A DNA stretch of 64,000 nt from Epithemia pelagica (GCA_946965045.2 OX337235.1:682001-746000), one strand, 5' to 3'. Positions 32,280 to 44,248 are shown, counted from the stretch's first letter. Numbers and translations: made by a program. Notes: generated by a model from the sequence alone, not told the origin.

Positions 32280-35200
32280 TGGCGTGGCCGTCGACCTCGT
32301 GTCGATGCAGGCCACCCTTTCCCTCAAACCTCTCTTCCCAGGAGGGATACCTGGGTAACCTCAGTTTGGTTGTTGTTTTCTTTTTCTGTGATCCTCGTTT
32401 TGTGTTTTCGTTCCATGATGCACTGGGCCTTGTCCTTTGAGTCACAGTATTGCCCCCTTTGTCCGTTCGCTTGTGCGTCTTTCGTCTCCATCTGTTTGCG
32501 AGAGGGAGGTGCACGTGGACGCAACCCTTTTTCGCGTGCGATGTTTGGACGCAACCCTTTTTCGCGTGCGATGTTTGGTCCCAACCAGATACGACGACGT
32601 CGCAAGACTCGGATTTATCACGTACGACGGCGCTTTACCACACAGAGTATGGCCTTTAACGTCGTAACGGATTCGACGGTTACATGGGCTGGTACGATTG
32701 ATATTCAACGGACTCCCTTTACTAAAGCCAGAGCGCGCCTTTCAAGACGACGCGCAAGGCGAGGCAAGAAACCGAAACACAAGAAAGCTACCATACCACG
32801 AAGAAGTGTAACGGATAGCTATGAGTTTAACTTCCAAGGAATCTATGTCCCTACAACGTGGACAATACAACAAGAGGAGCCGCCAGATCGAACATCAGAG
32901 CGACTTTCTCGTTGGTTTGGAACGATGGAGGAGCTGGAAGATGCCATCTTCAAGCCTTGGCCAAGAAAAGGTCCAGATCCTCTAGCCCAGTTCCACGCTA
33001 TACGGGTACTGAGTGGGTCACCTTTCTCCAAAAGTCATGCACCAAAGAAACGCATGCAGAAAGCAATGATTGCTGCTGCCAAGCTGACTGGTGCTGTGCC
33101 TTCCCAAGTCAATCAAGGATCACTGCCACCTTTGCTGCAGCAACGCATGTCAGTCTATCTCAATGCAGCCGATGATGCCGACCTTCCTGTAGTGATTGAT
33201 ACAGGAGCATCAACGTCTTTGACTCCTCGGCTGGAAGATTTCGATGGACCTATCAAGGATTGCGAGACAACCGAGCTCAATGGATTGTCGAGTACAACGA
33301 CTGTGGTTGGAGTAGGGATGGCTGCCTGGACACTGAAGGACGTGTTTGGAGTGGTACGAACCATCCGAACACGTGCCTATTACGTTCCAGAGGCGCAAAT
33401 CCGCCTGTTTAGCCCCCAAACCTACTTCCAAGAACAAGCCAAAGGCGAATTGTCGGTTAATGCTTTCCGTTCCAGGTTGACTCTTCATGATGGAAGCGAA
33501 CTAGAGTTTCCCTTTCATCCCAACAGCAATCTCCCCTTAATGCTGTCTGGCCGCCAAACCAAGATGGGACTTGCCTTTGAAGATGTCATGGCATTGTCCA
33601 AAGAGTTTGATTGTCATGGTTTGATGTCGGTGGCGGACGAAGTGAACCAAAATGTAACACAGGCTCAAAGAGAGCTGTTGACATGGCACTGGAAGCTAGG
33701 CCATGCGAATTTTGAGTGGATCCAAGATTTGTGTCGAGATCCTAAAACCGATCGACGCCGAATCCTTCGGACACGACACCGTCACGTGTCAAGTTGTCCC
33801 GTCAACGGTTTGCGATGTGCCGCCTGTCAATTGGGAAAACAGCGGCGTCGCGGTGCAAACACACAGCACACTAACACCAAGGATGGTCGCTTTATGGTCA
33901 CTCGGTCAAATAATCTTCGTCCCGGTGACTGCGTCAGTCTTGACCAATATGACTCGACGTTGACTGGCCGTCTTCCGCATACACGCGGCAAAGAACCAAA
34001 GAAGGACCAGTACACTGGCGGCACGCTCTTTATTGACCATGCTACGGGACTGATGCATTGTGTACATCAAGTGTCCTTAAACGCTGGTGAAACTATCGAA
34101 GCCAAATTGCACTTTGAACGGTTTGCTCAGGAACACGGAGTTACAGTCAAATCCTATCTGGCCGATAATGCCCCTTTTGGAAGTGCCAAATTTGTGGAAG
34201 CAGTCAAGAATGCCGATCAGACCCTATCGTTTTCTGGAGTTGGGGCCCATCACCAAAATGGTGTGGCCGAGCGCGGCGTTCGTACGGTAACCTCTTGGGC
34301 CCGTACTATGATGCTACACGCTGTGTTGCACTGGCCTGAGCATGCTCACGATTTAAGCCTCTGGCCATTTGCCCTCAACCACGCAGTATGGATGTGGAAT
34401 AACCTTCCCAAGCGTGGCTCGTTTATGGCCCCGCTTGAACTTTTCTCTGGCACAATCTTCCCTACCTTGGACCATCTACATCGAAGCCATGTGTGGGGAT
34501 GCCCAGTCTATGTACTGGACCCCAAGATTCAGGACGGAAGGAAGCTCCCTAAATGGTCGCCACGTGCCCGACGAGGGCAATATCTTGGCGTTTCTCCCGA
34601 CCATTCTAGCACGGTGGGCTTAATTCTGAATATTGCGACTGGCTATGTTAGCCCGCAATATCACGTCGTCTACGACGACCTCTTTTCAAGTGTTCCTAAT
34701 GCCGAAACCGGCGGTGTCCTACAACAAGATATGTTTACTGGGTCCTTTTGGGACCAGTTGGTGGCCTCTGGTCTGGAGCGAATTGATGATGGTGACTTTG
34801 AGGACGAGCAGCCTCAGCCACCACCCCTCCACCAAGATTGGCTCACTCCTGAAGAGATTGATGCCCTACGGCACCAACACAACGACATGGCTCGTATTAA
34901 CCCCTTACCTCTGCCTCCTATCCTTCCTCCACGCGCCCCTGCTCCAGAGGGAGCGGCCGCTCCAGAGGGAGCTCTGGTGCCCTTGGCTCCAGAGGGAGAG
35001 GACAATGGTGATGGTGAGATCAACGATGGGGAACCTCTTTTTCCTCCCCTTGATTTGGATGTGGAGCCAAATCCACCAGCAGCTCCTCCTGACGACGATC
35101 CCCAGGACTTGATTCCTCCTTTGGTGATGGATGGAGTATGGGACGGCCCAAACAACTCCACCATTGACTCTGGAGACGAAGTTGTGATTTTTGAGAATGA

Positions 35201-37208
35201 GGAGCAGGATGTGGAAGATCCAGTCCGGGCACAGGAGAAAATGAGACGTGCCCAGCACCTGGAACAGCCGGATGAAATGCATTTTGGTCGTGGCAAGCGC
35301 GCACGCAAGCCCAATCCTAAGTATGCTGCGTACTCGCGCGAACGGTGGAAAGAACACGCCTTATTTGGTCACGACGATTATGCGCGACTCAAGGTGAAAC
35401 GTGACTGCCTTAACGATTCATTCCTGGCAAGACTTGATTGGACCTCAACCATTCGTGACCTCAAGTCATCTCAGTCAACGCTGATGAGTCGCATCCTAGC
35501 TATGAACACCAACCCTAAGACGGGAACTGTGGAAGCTATGCATCCGATGTTCCTCATTACCAAGGCCGACGCAGCAGATAACCCATGATGGAACGAAGCC
35601 ATGAGTGGACCAGATGCTGCTGGCTTCATGGAAGCATGCAAGAAGGAGATCGATACGCTATTCCGCCTGATGAAAGCCTGGATAGTCGTCGATCGCGAAC
35701 CTTGGATGAACGTCATCCCATCAACTTGGGCGTTCAAGAGGAAGCGTTTCCCAGATGGAACGGTCAAGAAGTTGAAAGCACGATTCTGTGCTCGTGGAGA
35801 TTACCAGGTGGAAGGGATAGACTTCTTCGACACCTTTGCTCCAGTGGTGAACTGGACTACAGTCCGCCTAATGCTTATCCTGTCGATTATCCTTAACCTT
35901 GCAACGGTGCAGGTAGACTATACTGCGGCATTCCTTCACGCCCCAATTGATCGTGATCCCAAATGGGACTCAATGACACGTCAAGAGCGGGAAAGGAGCG
36001 GTGTCTACGTTGAGATGCCCAGAGGATTCGGACAAGACGGCAAGGTACTGAAGCTGAAGCGTTCACTGTACGGCCTGAAACAAGCCCCACGGAATTTCTT
36101 TCAACACTTCAAAGGGCAATTGGAACGAGTCGGCTTTGTTGCCCAGGACCAGGACTCGGTTGATCCATGCCTATTTATTTCGGACAAGGTAATAGCCGTA
36201 GTCTATGTGGATGACACGCTATTTTACAGTCCCAAGAGAGAGTACATTGATGAGGTACTCAACAGACTGAAAACCGAAGAGCACGCAGAACTCGATGTTG
36301 AGGATAGCGTTGCTGGTTTTCTGGGTGTCCATATTGAAAGGGACGAGACCCAAGGAACAATCAAGCTGGTACAGAAGGGCTTGATTAAACGCATCTTAGA
36401 GGCCCTACAAGTTGGTGACTTGGACCGGAGTTGTACCCCAGCTCTTTCTAAGCCCCTGGTAGAGGACAAGAATGGAGATCCCCCACAAGGCAGATACAAT
36501 TATGCAAGTGTGATTGGGATGCTACAATATTTACAGGCACACAGTCGCCCCGACATTACCTATGCGGTGAGCCAATGTGCACGCTTTGCTTTCAGTCCAA
36601 AGAGATCCCATGAGCAAGCGGTTGAAAAGATTGGACAGTACCTTAAGCACACGCAAGACCAAGGACTGATCCTTAAGCCCGCCACAAGTCTGGACATCGA
36701 TTGTTTTGTCGACGCCGACTTCGCTGGATTGTGGCCATATGAAGAAAAGCTGGACTCGACCTGTGTGAAAAGTCGTACAGGATTTGTGATCTGTCTGGCA
36801 AATTGTCCCATGGTTTGGACAAGCAAACTACAAACATCCATTGCCTTGAGCACTATGGAGGCCGAATATAACGCACTGAGTGAGTCGCTGAAATCGGTCC
36901 TACCACTACAAGAGTTGCTGACCCACGTTGCAGAAGGAGTTGGGCTCAGCAAAGAATACACAACAACATTTAAAACGACAATCTGGGAAGATAACATGGG
37001 AGCCTTGACTTTGGCCAACCTAGAACCCGGGCGGATCACACCACGATCGAAATACTACGCTGTTAAGATTCATTGGTTTCGACAGCATATCAGTGATCGG
37101 CTGCGAGTCGTCAAAGTGGATACGACACAACAACGCGCCGACATCTTGACGAAAGGTCTCACACAAACCACATTCGAACACATTCGGAAGCTCCTCTGTG
37201 GGTGGTGA
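32280..37208 (+). pseudogene. pol: Pol of element 2 with an in-frame TGA at 35586-35588
   Basis: Protease VIDTGAS; integrase HWKLGH/CAAC/ADN/ERGVR; RT YVDD; RNase H VDADFAG. DNP*WNEAM separates two same-frame ORFs. Confidence 0.9.
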
Positions 37209-37266
37209 CCAAATCTATTCTCACAATTTACACATTTCAAAGCCATTATCTCATCCGTGTTCGGCT

Positions 37267-37275
37267 GAGAGGGAG
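37267..37275 (+). promoter_or_regulatory. Polypurine tract GAGAGGGAG of element 2
   Basis: Abuts the TG of the 3' LTR. Confidence 0.85.
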
Positions 37276-37444
37276 TGAAAAGGGCGCGACCTAATGGAGA
37301 CTAGCCATAGGGCTGACGTATAGGGTCGACGTCACCTTGCCCAACCAGCCTCACACTCTGGATGACGCACTACTAGCATATCTTTTAGGAACGTACGAAC
37401 TAGGTAATCTTCTATCATAATTTTACGAATACATACCCTTTTCA
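37276..37444 (+). repeat. 3' LTR of element 2
   Basis: Direct repeat of 30307-30475. Confidence 0.95.
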
Positions 37445-38832
37445 GTGTAGAAGCACGGATACAGCAAAGTACCGGCGAAACCAATAGCGTCCTTGTTTCA
37501 TGACCATTCTCATTTCTTAGTTTTCTCTCGAATGTTTGTCTTTTCGTTTCTACTGACACCGAAGGTTTTCAGATTATGAGCGGAGGATTTGGACCCATAC
37601 TTTTCGGCCAATCCATACTCTGGCCAGAAGGAATTCACTTCTGGTGTGGAACCGGAAGCGCAGAGTATGTTACAAACCAAACGCGAAGAGAAGCGATGCA
37701 CAGCGTCATCTGCTTGTTCTTCACGTTTCAGTTTTAACATGCACATGTGTTTTGTACATGTTACCGTCTGTCAAAAAAAGACAAGATCCATAAGATGATG
37801 TGTGGTCTTTCTTTATTATTTGGGACGTTCAAGTCCAAGCACATAAAAAATGAGAAGTTTTTGAGGTTTGTACCAGGACGAAGTGAACCAAACCAAACGC
37901 GAAGCAAATCAAATCATTGATCGAGCTGCACATCTTTTCATCGTGTCTTTTTTTGTTTGAGATCCTGAAGATGCCAGTTCGTTTTTTAGAACGTCAACAT
38001 GCGATTTGTGAAAAAATGAGAACATGCCGTTTGTGGTCGGGGGGATGTTGGGGGAAAGTATGGACATGCTCGATGATCGTCCAAACGAGCCGCCGGCAGC
38101 CACCAAAACTCTAACTGTTCAAAGTCTCGGATGCATAATACGACAAACGACAACACTGAATCTGAGGACACTGATTGTCAAAATTCACCATCAACCATCA
38201 TGATATCTTGCCTGTCATTGTCAACTGGGTCTGTATCCACAAGTCACCGTATGTCTATCCGTTCCTGCTCCTCCCCCCTCCCACCCCCCGGTTTCTCCTG
38301 CCCCCATTTCGATCTAAGGTTACCTCAGCTATTAGGCAAAGCCACCTGATCGAGTGGCAAGTACTCCTAGCAAGGAAATAACCTACCCTAGCAAAAATAT
38401 GCTCTATGGACCATGATTGATGGTGCTTGCTGCGAATGGCAAGGCTACGGGGATGAGAATGCGACAACGACAACCAGTTAGACTGCCTAGATAGCATGCA
38501 TCGCTTTGTTCGTCGGTTTGAGCCAATTATTACATGTGCTATACATAAAGGTAACCTGGATAACCAAGCTGAATGAATAGCGAATAGCTAGTGTAAAGTC
38601 TTACAGGGAACTCCACATTGACAATGGAGATCGAACATGTGTTGTGATAGATTTCGGTGTACAGCCAGTAGAATGAATGAACAAGGGACTTGATGGAATA
38701 GTTGATGAAACATGTAGATGTGAACGGAACAGGATAGATGAGTGTGCAACTACGACAGCAAATTCAATTTGTTGTTTCGTGAGAAAGACAACCATCTTTC
38801 GTCTCTTCACGTGTCTCTTTTCAGTGACACTG

Positions 38833-41304
38833 CTAATTGGATGTCGATGGTAGTATCAAAGGTGGTGGAGAGCTTCCATGCACCATGGCAGGTGGAGTGA
38901 TTAGATCCCTCGTTGCGACGGTGGACGTGGAACTGGAATGACGTAGCCGACTACCACAGCGGGGAAGGGGAGGAAGGTTATCCGACACTTCGGACTCGTC
39001 GGTTGTCATCATCATTGGCGGGGGTGGATCAGCTATGGTCGAATTGGAATTTGATTCGCCATTCTTGCTCACATTCTCCCCATGGAACTGATCTCGTCGT
39101 ATACATGGGGTCTTGGACGGTCTGTGGTTCTCGTCGTCATCTTCCTCGTTGCTATTGCTTGAGGAAACTTGGTGTTGACGTTCCTCTTCAATATCACGTG
39201 GCGCTGCCAGCAAGAAACCTGAATCATTATCACTCCCCATCCCACTCAGAGACTCAAACTCAAAGTTATCAACATTATTGTCATCTTCTCTTGAATGACT
39301 TCTTGTTCCTTGAAGTTGATGGGAAGAGTGCAAAGACGAAGATGATCCACTTCCAGCCATTAGTCGATCGATAGGATCAGGCATTCCTTGATTCGAAGCG
39401 TGTAACAAGGACATGGCATAAGAAGGCTTGTTCTGCCGAGCACTATGAGACTTTGATAACGTTCGTGGACTCTCGTCAGGATCATCGTTATTCCATTCTG
39501 GAAGAGGAATGAATGAAGTCTTTGACGATGTCAAAGGCATTTGCCTTCTATTGGATACCGTACTGGAATCATGCGTGTTCCGTCTTTCTTCCAATAGCCC
39601 GATCCTTGGAGAAGCGACGACGACAGATCCGTTCGGTGATGACAAAACTTCAAGAACGCGACTGTCTCGTGGCTGAAGGGCCATCCGCTTTGGAAGAGGA
39701 GTCGTCTGAAGAGCATCTGGGGAGGCAAGAAGCTCCGAAGCTTCATTTTCCTCATCGTGGACTAAACTTCTCCACCCTGTGAAATTGCGTCTTGGTGTGC
39801 TCATGGTAGAGCTGCGATTGGCTTGGGGGAGTGCCTCATCGGGACCACGGCTAGTACTTGCAGCCATTCCCATGGGAGTATTTTGACCTTCTGATGGCTC
39901 CTTGCTGGTCGACTTGAAGAACTGGGTCGAGGACGACAACGAAGAAGACAGAACGGTAACCGTGTTACTCCCAGACTCTGATGAAGCTGCCGTAGCCAGT
40001 GTTTCCGCAAAATGTCTAAGCTGTCCTGGTAGCGGTGGTGCAGGACGTACAGCCATTGTTTTAGCATGTACTACTGAAGCAGCCGGTGTTCCAGTTACGA
40101 TTTGGAGTGGTGCTGTCTTGGTACGAGGTTGAGTGGAGGATGACATGAGGGTTGATCCCAGCATTCCAGCACTCCCATGCTTCATCACTGATGGCGGAGA
40201 CGAAACCCGTGCGGAACTTTTGTGGTCCGGGCTACCAAAATACTCTGACTGCAGTGGGAAGGATGGGTCCGAAGCATCAACTGCTTCTCCACCGCGAGGT
40301 AAAAGAAAGGTTCCATTTCGAGTCACAGAGGGGCGGTAGCCTGAAAATCTCGCTGACCCTTGTACTTGCTGAGGCGTTCTAGTCACTTGCGCAGAGAATG
40401 GACTTGATTTATCTTGATGCGAGAAGTGTCCATGTGCGGCAGGGCTAGGTCGGGGAGAATTCAAGGCCAGTCCTTGGAATGTCAAGGTAGCTCCGTCCAT
40501 AAACCCACCTCCAGGACTCTCGAAAACGCCTCCATGCAAAAGTTCTGGCTTTTGGGTACTATTAGTACACGCCACCTTGTTCGAAAACGCTTCATTACGA
40601 TCGCTCTTGAAAGATTTAGTGGAAGGCGGTGGAGACACCAACCCAGCTGCTTCGGGCTTCATGGAGGATGTTGCTGGAACGGCAAACGAGATCATTGGAA
40701 TGGGCACGGTGGACTGTGTCTGTTTCGACGATTCTGACACAGCCGCAAACGCTTGAGGCTGCAATGTATAGGAACGCCGTTTACGTCCTCGAGGTAATCC
40801 AGAGGGCTGGAGACGACCTCCCGCATCTGGATTGCCAGCGCCATGGGGTATGCTTGAAACAGCCATGGGATGTCGCGGTTGCAGTCGAAAGGCTTCCATG
40901 GCAGTGGTGCTAGGAGGGGTGCCACGGTGAGGGCTGTTGCTTGCAGCATGTTCCCTCCGTGATGGACCTGCGGGAGTTACTGCAACTGTTGTAGTTGTCA
41001 TTCCATGGTCCACATCAGCTACATTACGACTCATCGGAATCTCATTGTTTCCGTTCCTCCCTGAAAGCAACAATGACTTGACCTTCGATTCGGTACGACC
41101 TACTCCTGCAGGAGTCACGGCTGCTGCTGTACATCTTGCTGCGCTGTCCAGCGCTAGATCTCCATTCTCCCGAATCTCATGAGCCATACTGTCATTGTTT
41201 CCCCCTGGAAGAGCAAAAGAATTAACATTCAATGCAGAACTATCTTCATCCCTCTCCACAAATAAGCTCCGTTTTGAAGAGCTTTGCATCGTGGGAATGG
41301 CCAT
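38833..41304 (-). CDS. Hypothetical Ser/Pro-rich, probably disordered protein, 823 aa
   Basis: Long intronless ORF, low complexity, many SP/TP sites; no recognised domain. Confidence 0.75.
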   Translation of the reverse strand: MAIPTMQSSSKRSLFVERDEDSSALNVNSFALPGGNNDSMAHEIRENGDLALDSAARCTAAAVTPAGVGRTESKVKSLLLSGRNGNNEIPMSRNVADVDHGMTTTTVAVTPAGPSRREHAASNSPHRGTPPSTTAMEAFRLQPRHPMAVSSIPHGAGNPDAGGRLQPSGLPRGRKRRSYTLQPQAFAAVSESSKQTQSTVPIPMISFAVPATSSMKPEAAGLVSPPPSTKSFKSDRNEAFSNKVACTNSTQKPELLHGGVFESPGGGFMDGATLTFQGLALNSPRPSPAAHGHFSHQDKSSPFSAQVTRTPQQVQGSARFSGYRPSVTRNGTFLLPRGGEAVDASDPSFPLQSEYFGSPDHKSSARVSSPPSVMKHGSAGMLGSTLMSSSTQPRTKTAPLQIVTGTPAASVVHAKTMAVRPAPPLPGQLRHFAETLATAASSESGSNTVTVLSSSLSSSTQFFKSTSKEPSEGQNTPMGMAASTSRGPDEALPQANRSSTMSTPRRNFTGWRSLVHDEENEASELLASPDALQTTPLPKRMALQPRDSRVLEVLSSPNGSVVVASPRIGLLEERRNTHDSSTVSNRRQMPLTSSKTSFIPLPEWNNDDPDESPRTLSKSHSARQNKPSYAMSLLHASNQGMPDPIDRLMAGSGSSSSLHSSHQLQGTRSHSREDDNNVDNFEFESLSGMGSDNDSGFLLAAPRDIEEERQHQVSSSNSNEEDDDENHRPSKTPCIRRDQFHGENVSKNGESNSNSTIADPPPPMMMTTDESEVSDNLPPLPRCGSRLRHSSSTSTVATRDLITPPAMVHGSSPPPLILPSTSN

Positions 41305-42547
41305 GAATCAGAAAAAAGTTCTCAGGTATGTACAAGCTTTCCTTTCGCAAAGCTTTTCAAAATATGTGCAATAAATACGGCCGTAGCAGAGCAAAATTGA
41401 GAAAGCCACTTGCAGCCAGTCAAGAATGGAGCAATAATGAGGGCACTTTCAAGGATCTTGACTGCTCTAACTCATACAGTTCGTAGAAGTGAACACCAGA
41501 GTCATCAAAATCTTCGAGACTTTTCCTAACAGACAAAATTGGAATCTTCCTGCTCAACCAAAGGTCAGGTGAGCTGTTCGTTTCAATCATCAAGGTGCCA
41601 CAGCGGCGGGCATGAAACAGAGAATCTGTTGCAATCTCGCTCCCAACTTACAGTTCTTCGAAGAGGTTGGGGAAAATCAAAGCGAGATGGTAGCTTCTTC
41701 TATACAAAAACACAGAGTGGAGGTTGGGAGGTGCAAGACATCAACAATCAGAGCGTCAAAAACAGCACCGAGGCTGAATCTCTTTGTTATAGACAAAGTT
41801 ATGGACAAATAAAAGCTTCTGTTTCCTTGGGGGCCTATGATAAAGCCAAAGACACCACAAATCGTTGAGAACAGATGACACTGACACCTCCTTGCCAATT
41901 GGCAATACAATACGTGAAAGGCGAATGGATCACCGCACAATATCGGGACATAGGCCTATGGCTCGTTTACACGCATACTTCACACCTTGACCCTTGACTC
42001 ACCGATTGACGGAAGCTATTCTGAATCGACTGCTTTTTCCGTGTCTTTGTTCTCTGCGGGACGCGGTGACAGCGGTGACAGCCAAAGTGGGAAAGACAAT
42101 GGTGGCAGTGAGGCAAATTCTCTTGGCAGCAGGGACTGCACCAGAAGTTGCCGTTGTTTGTCACTCAAATTGTGGGGATGATGCCAGTCTGAACCCAGAA
42201 GTACGACATCAAGCGTGTTAAACTATATTTGTAGCTCAAATTGGAGATAGTTTAACCTCTTGGAGTGATACAAACATGTAGTATAGGTCAGAAAGTAAAT
42301 CAATGATACTTTATGTAGTCATCCCTGGGTCTCTCTTCAGAATATTGTGTCTCTCTTCTGTCTTCTTCCTCTTTGTTTCCGTTCATCGTATTGTACTCGT
42401 ACTCGTAACTCGTAAGGTTACTCGTCGCTCATCGCTCATCGATCCTCGAACACTCGTGTACTCCTCTATTGCATCTATTACCTATTCTACAAGTTGACTA
42501 TTCTTGAGAGGTGGATGAGATGAGAATGAGAGAGATGAGCAAGTTCC

Positions 42548-42621
42548 TCTAGAGGCTCGAGCCTCTAGAGCCTCGAGACTCTAGTCTAGAGGCTCGAGCC
42601 TCTAGAGCCTCGAGACTCTAG
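42548..42621. repeat. 37-bp tandem dimer containing a 22-bp perfect palindrome
   Basis: TCTAGAGGCTCGAGCCTCTAGAGCCTCGAGACTCTAG occurs twice. Confidence 0.9.
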
Positions 42622-43040
42622 AGGGACAACTTGTTACTCCTACAAAGGGGGACGAGGGCCATGACTTACTACGAAGGACAACGAGTTACTCTACGAACTA
42701 CTAGAGGGTTCCCACATAGTTGGTGCTCCTCCTCCTCCAGAATGGACTCAAAGAGTGAGAGTTGAAACATTATGGAGTGGACAAGCCGAGGTCTCAAGTA
42801 CTCCTACATACTAGACTCTACCTCCGAAGACTGTCATCGTCAGCCTACCTCTCGTGGTGTTGGTAGGCCTAATAGGGGAAGAGTTGATTGCAGAAAAGGG
42901 TGGATAGAGGACATAGCTAATCGGAGTATAGCCAGATAGCAATAGCAAGGTCGATCTGGTACGTTTTGTACGATAATTATGTTGGTGATGTCGAGACAGC
43001 GAACAGACACAGAAAGCGAACTGTGATTACGGGGTCCCGG

Positions 43041-43116
43041 GGGGGACGAAAAATTCCACCGCGATAGATAATAGGAGTACTACAATACGCTATAGCGATG
43101 GAATTTTTCGTCCCCC
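43041..43116. repeat. 27-bp imperfect inverted repeat (18 bp perfect) with 22-nt spacer; MITE-like
   Basis: GGGGGACGAAAAATTCCA ... TGGAATTTTTCGTCCCCC. Confidence 0.8.
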
Positions 43117-44248
43117 GGAGCATAGCAAATAGCAATGGCACATAGCACAGGGCAGTACGACGTACGACCTACGACTATGAACGTCACGATGAGAATTGCT
43201 CCATGTTCCATCAGCCAGCAGACTGAACTGGGAGATTCCAAGTTCCAACTCTTCCTCTAGGTGTATGAGTCGTTGAGATTCGTGGATGTAAGCTTTTAAT
43301 TCCTCTATTTATGGTGTAGGGACGAGTTTCTCACTGTGCATGTGGGAGAAAAGGGAATGGAGAAAGGACTGAGCAAATGGAATGGCAAGAAATTGGATAT
43401 CCAATTCGGGAAGTATGGTTCCCCGACGGCTTTCCTAGGTAGGTATGCATTGTTCCGGAGGAAGCAAAACCCAGATAAATGGGCCAGCAGAGTGTCGACG
43501 CAATCCACAAACTGCCGACCTTGTGACATGACCACCGCGTAGGTTTCCTGTTGGTCTGGGCGCGTTTGGCGGGGTTGTCATTGAGAGAAAGGCCAATTCG
43601 CCGGTGCCAATGTTCCGCACCTTGGCACCATAGGCGATGTTGGATGCCTGATCCATCCAGTTTGCGATAAAGACGGCCATGTCGTTGTCTTTCAGGAGCA
43701 TGTGAGCAGCAGTCGGACTCGTCACTTGGAGCATGGCCTGTTGTTCCGTCTTGTCAGAACGGAACTGGAAGATGGAACTGCATATGTTTCTTTATCTACT
43801 TCTAGTAGCTATCCCTCTATCATCGACTCCCCTAGTATTGGGACCTACATTGGTCTATCACGTATCATCACTATTCTAGAAAGAGACTGGAGATAGGCTA
43901 CGAGTAAAGATGATGGATCGTATAATGTACATGTGTTGGATTCCCTCGTAGAAACGGTGCGATTGTTCCCCAAACGCTTCGGTCCGTTGTCGTTCGACAG
44001 TATCTTTAACGTTTGTGCGATGGCCACCTCATTCGTACACTTGTTCGGATATGGTTCCAAACGAAGGATGCCCCGTTTCGGGAGCCGAAGAAACTGGGAA
44101 TCGTACCAGAGGCAATGTGTTTTCTGTTTGGAAACAACAAGAACTTGTCCGTCACACCGCCACCACCACCACGACGCATCCATTCCAAGGCAATCGGTCT
44201 ATACGTAGGCACACGAGAGACAAGGTTCATGCCCCATGTGTTTGGTTC

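Larger units (their letters stand above)
30307..37444 (+). mobile_element. Ty1/copia LTR retrotransposon 2, full length (7138 bp), coding-defective
   Basis: 169-bp LTRs TGAAAAGG..CTTTTCA with one mismatch; 5-bp TSD GTGTA at 30302-30306 and 37445-37449; PBS, PPT, gag and pol present. Confidence 0.97.
22382..37501 (-). pseudogene. Cys-rich/beta-propeller paralog 3, split by two copia insertions. Pieces 37501-37445, 30301-29946 and 23650-22382; reconstructed 557 aa
   Basis: Removing both elements with one TSD each, plus an 8-bp duplication at 22500-22515, restores one ORF: MKQGRYWFRRYFAVSVLLH-MLTSLPVQC..DPFCC..SGSMG-GVYAST..WEQFESVDE. Confidence 0.9.

Noticed and set aside
38271-38302. G-quadruplex-like tract on the minus strand
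   Set aside because: Four G-runs are present but one loop is long, and nothing in the context indicates function.
42548-42621. Cloning polylinker contamination (XbaI/XhoI sites)
   Set aside because: Only two hexamers are repeated, there are no other vector features, and the flanks look genomic; a UniVec search would settle it.
43305-43734. Coding-like minus-strand fragment (VFIANWMDQASNIAYGAKVRNIGTGE..)
   Set aside because: Short, interrupted by a stop, and I cannot assign a family.
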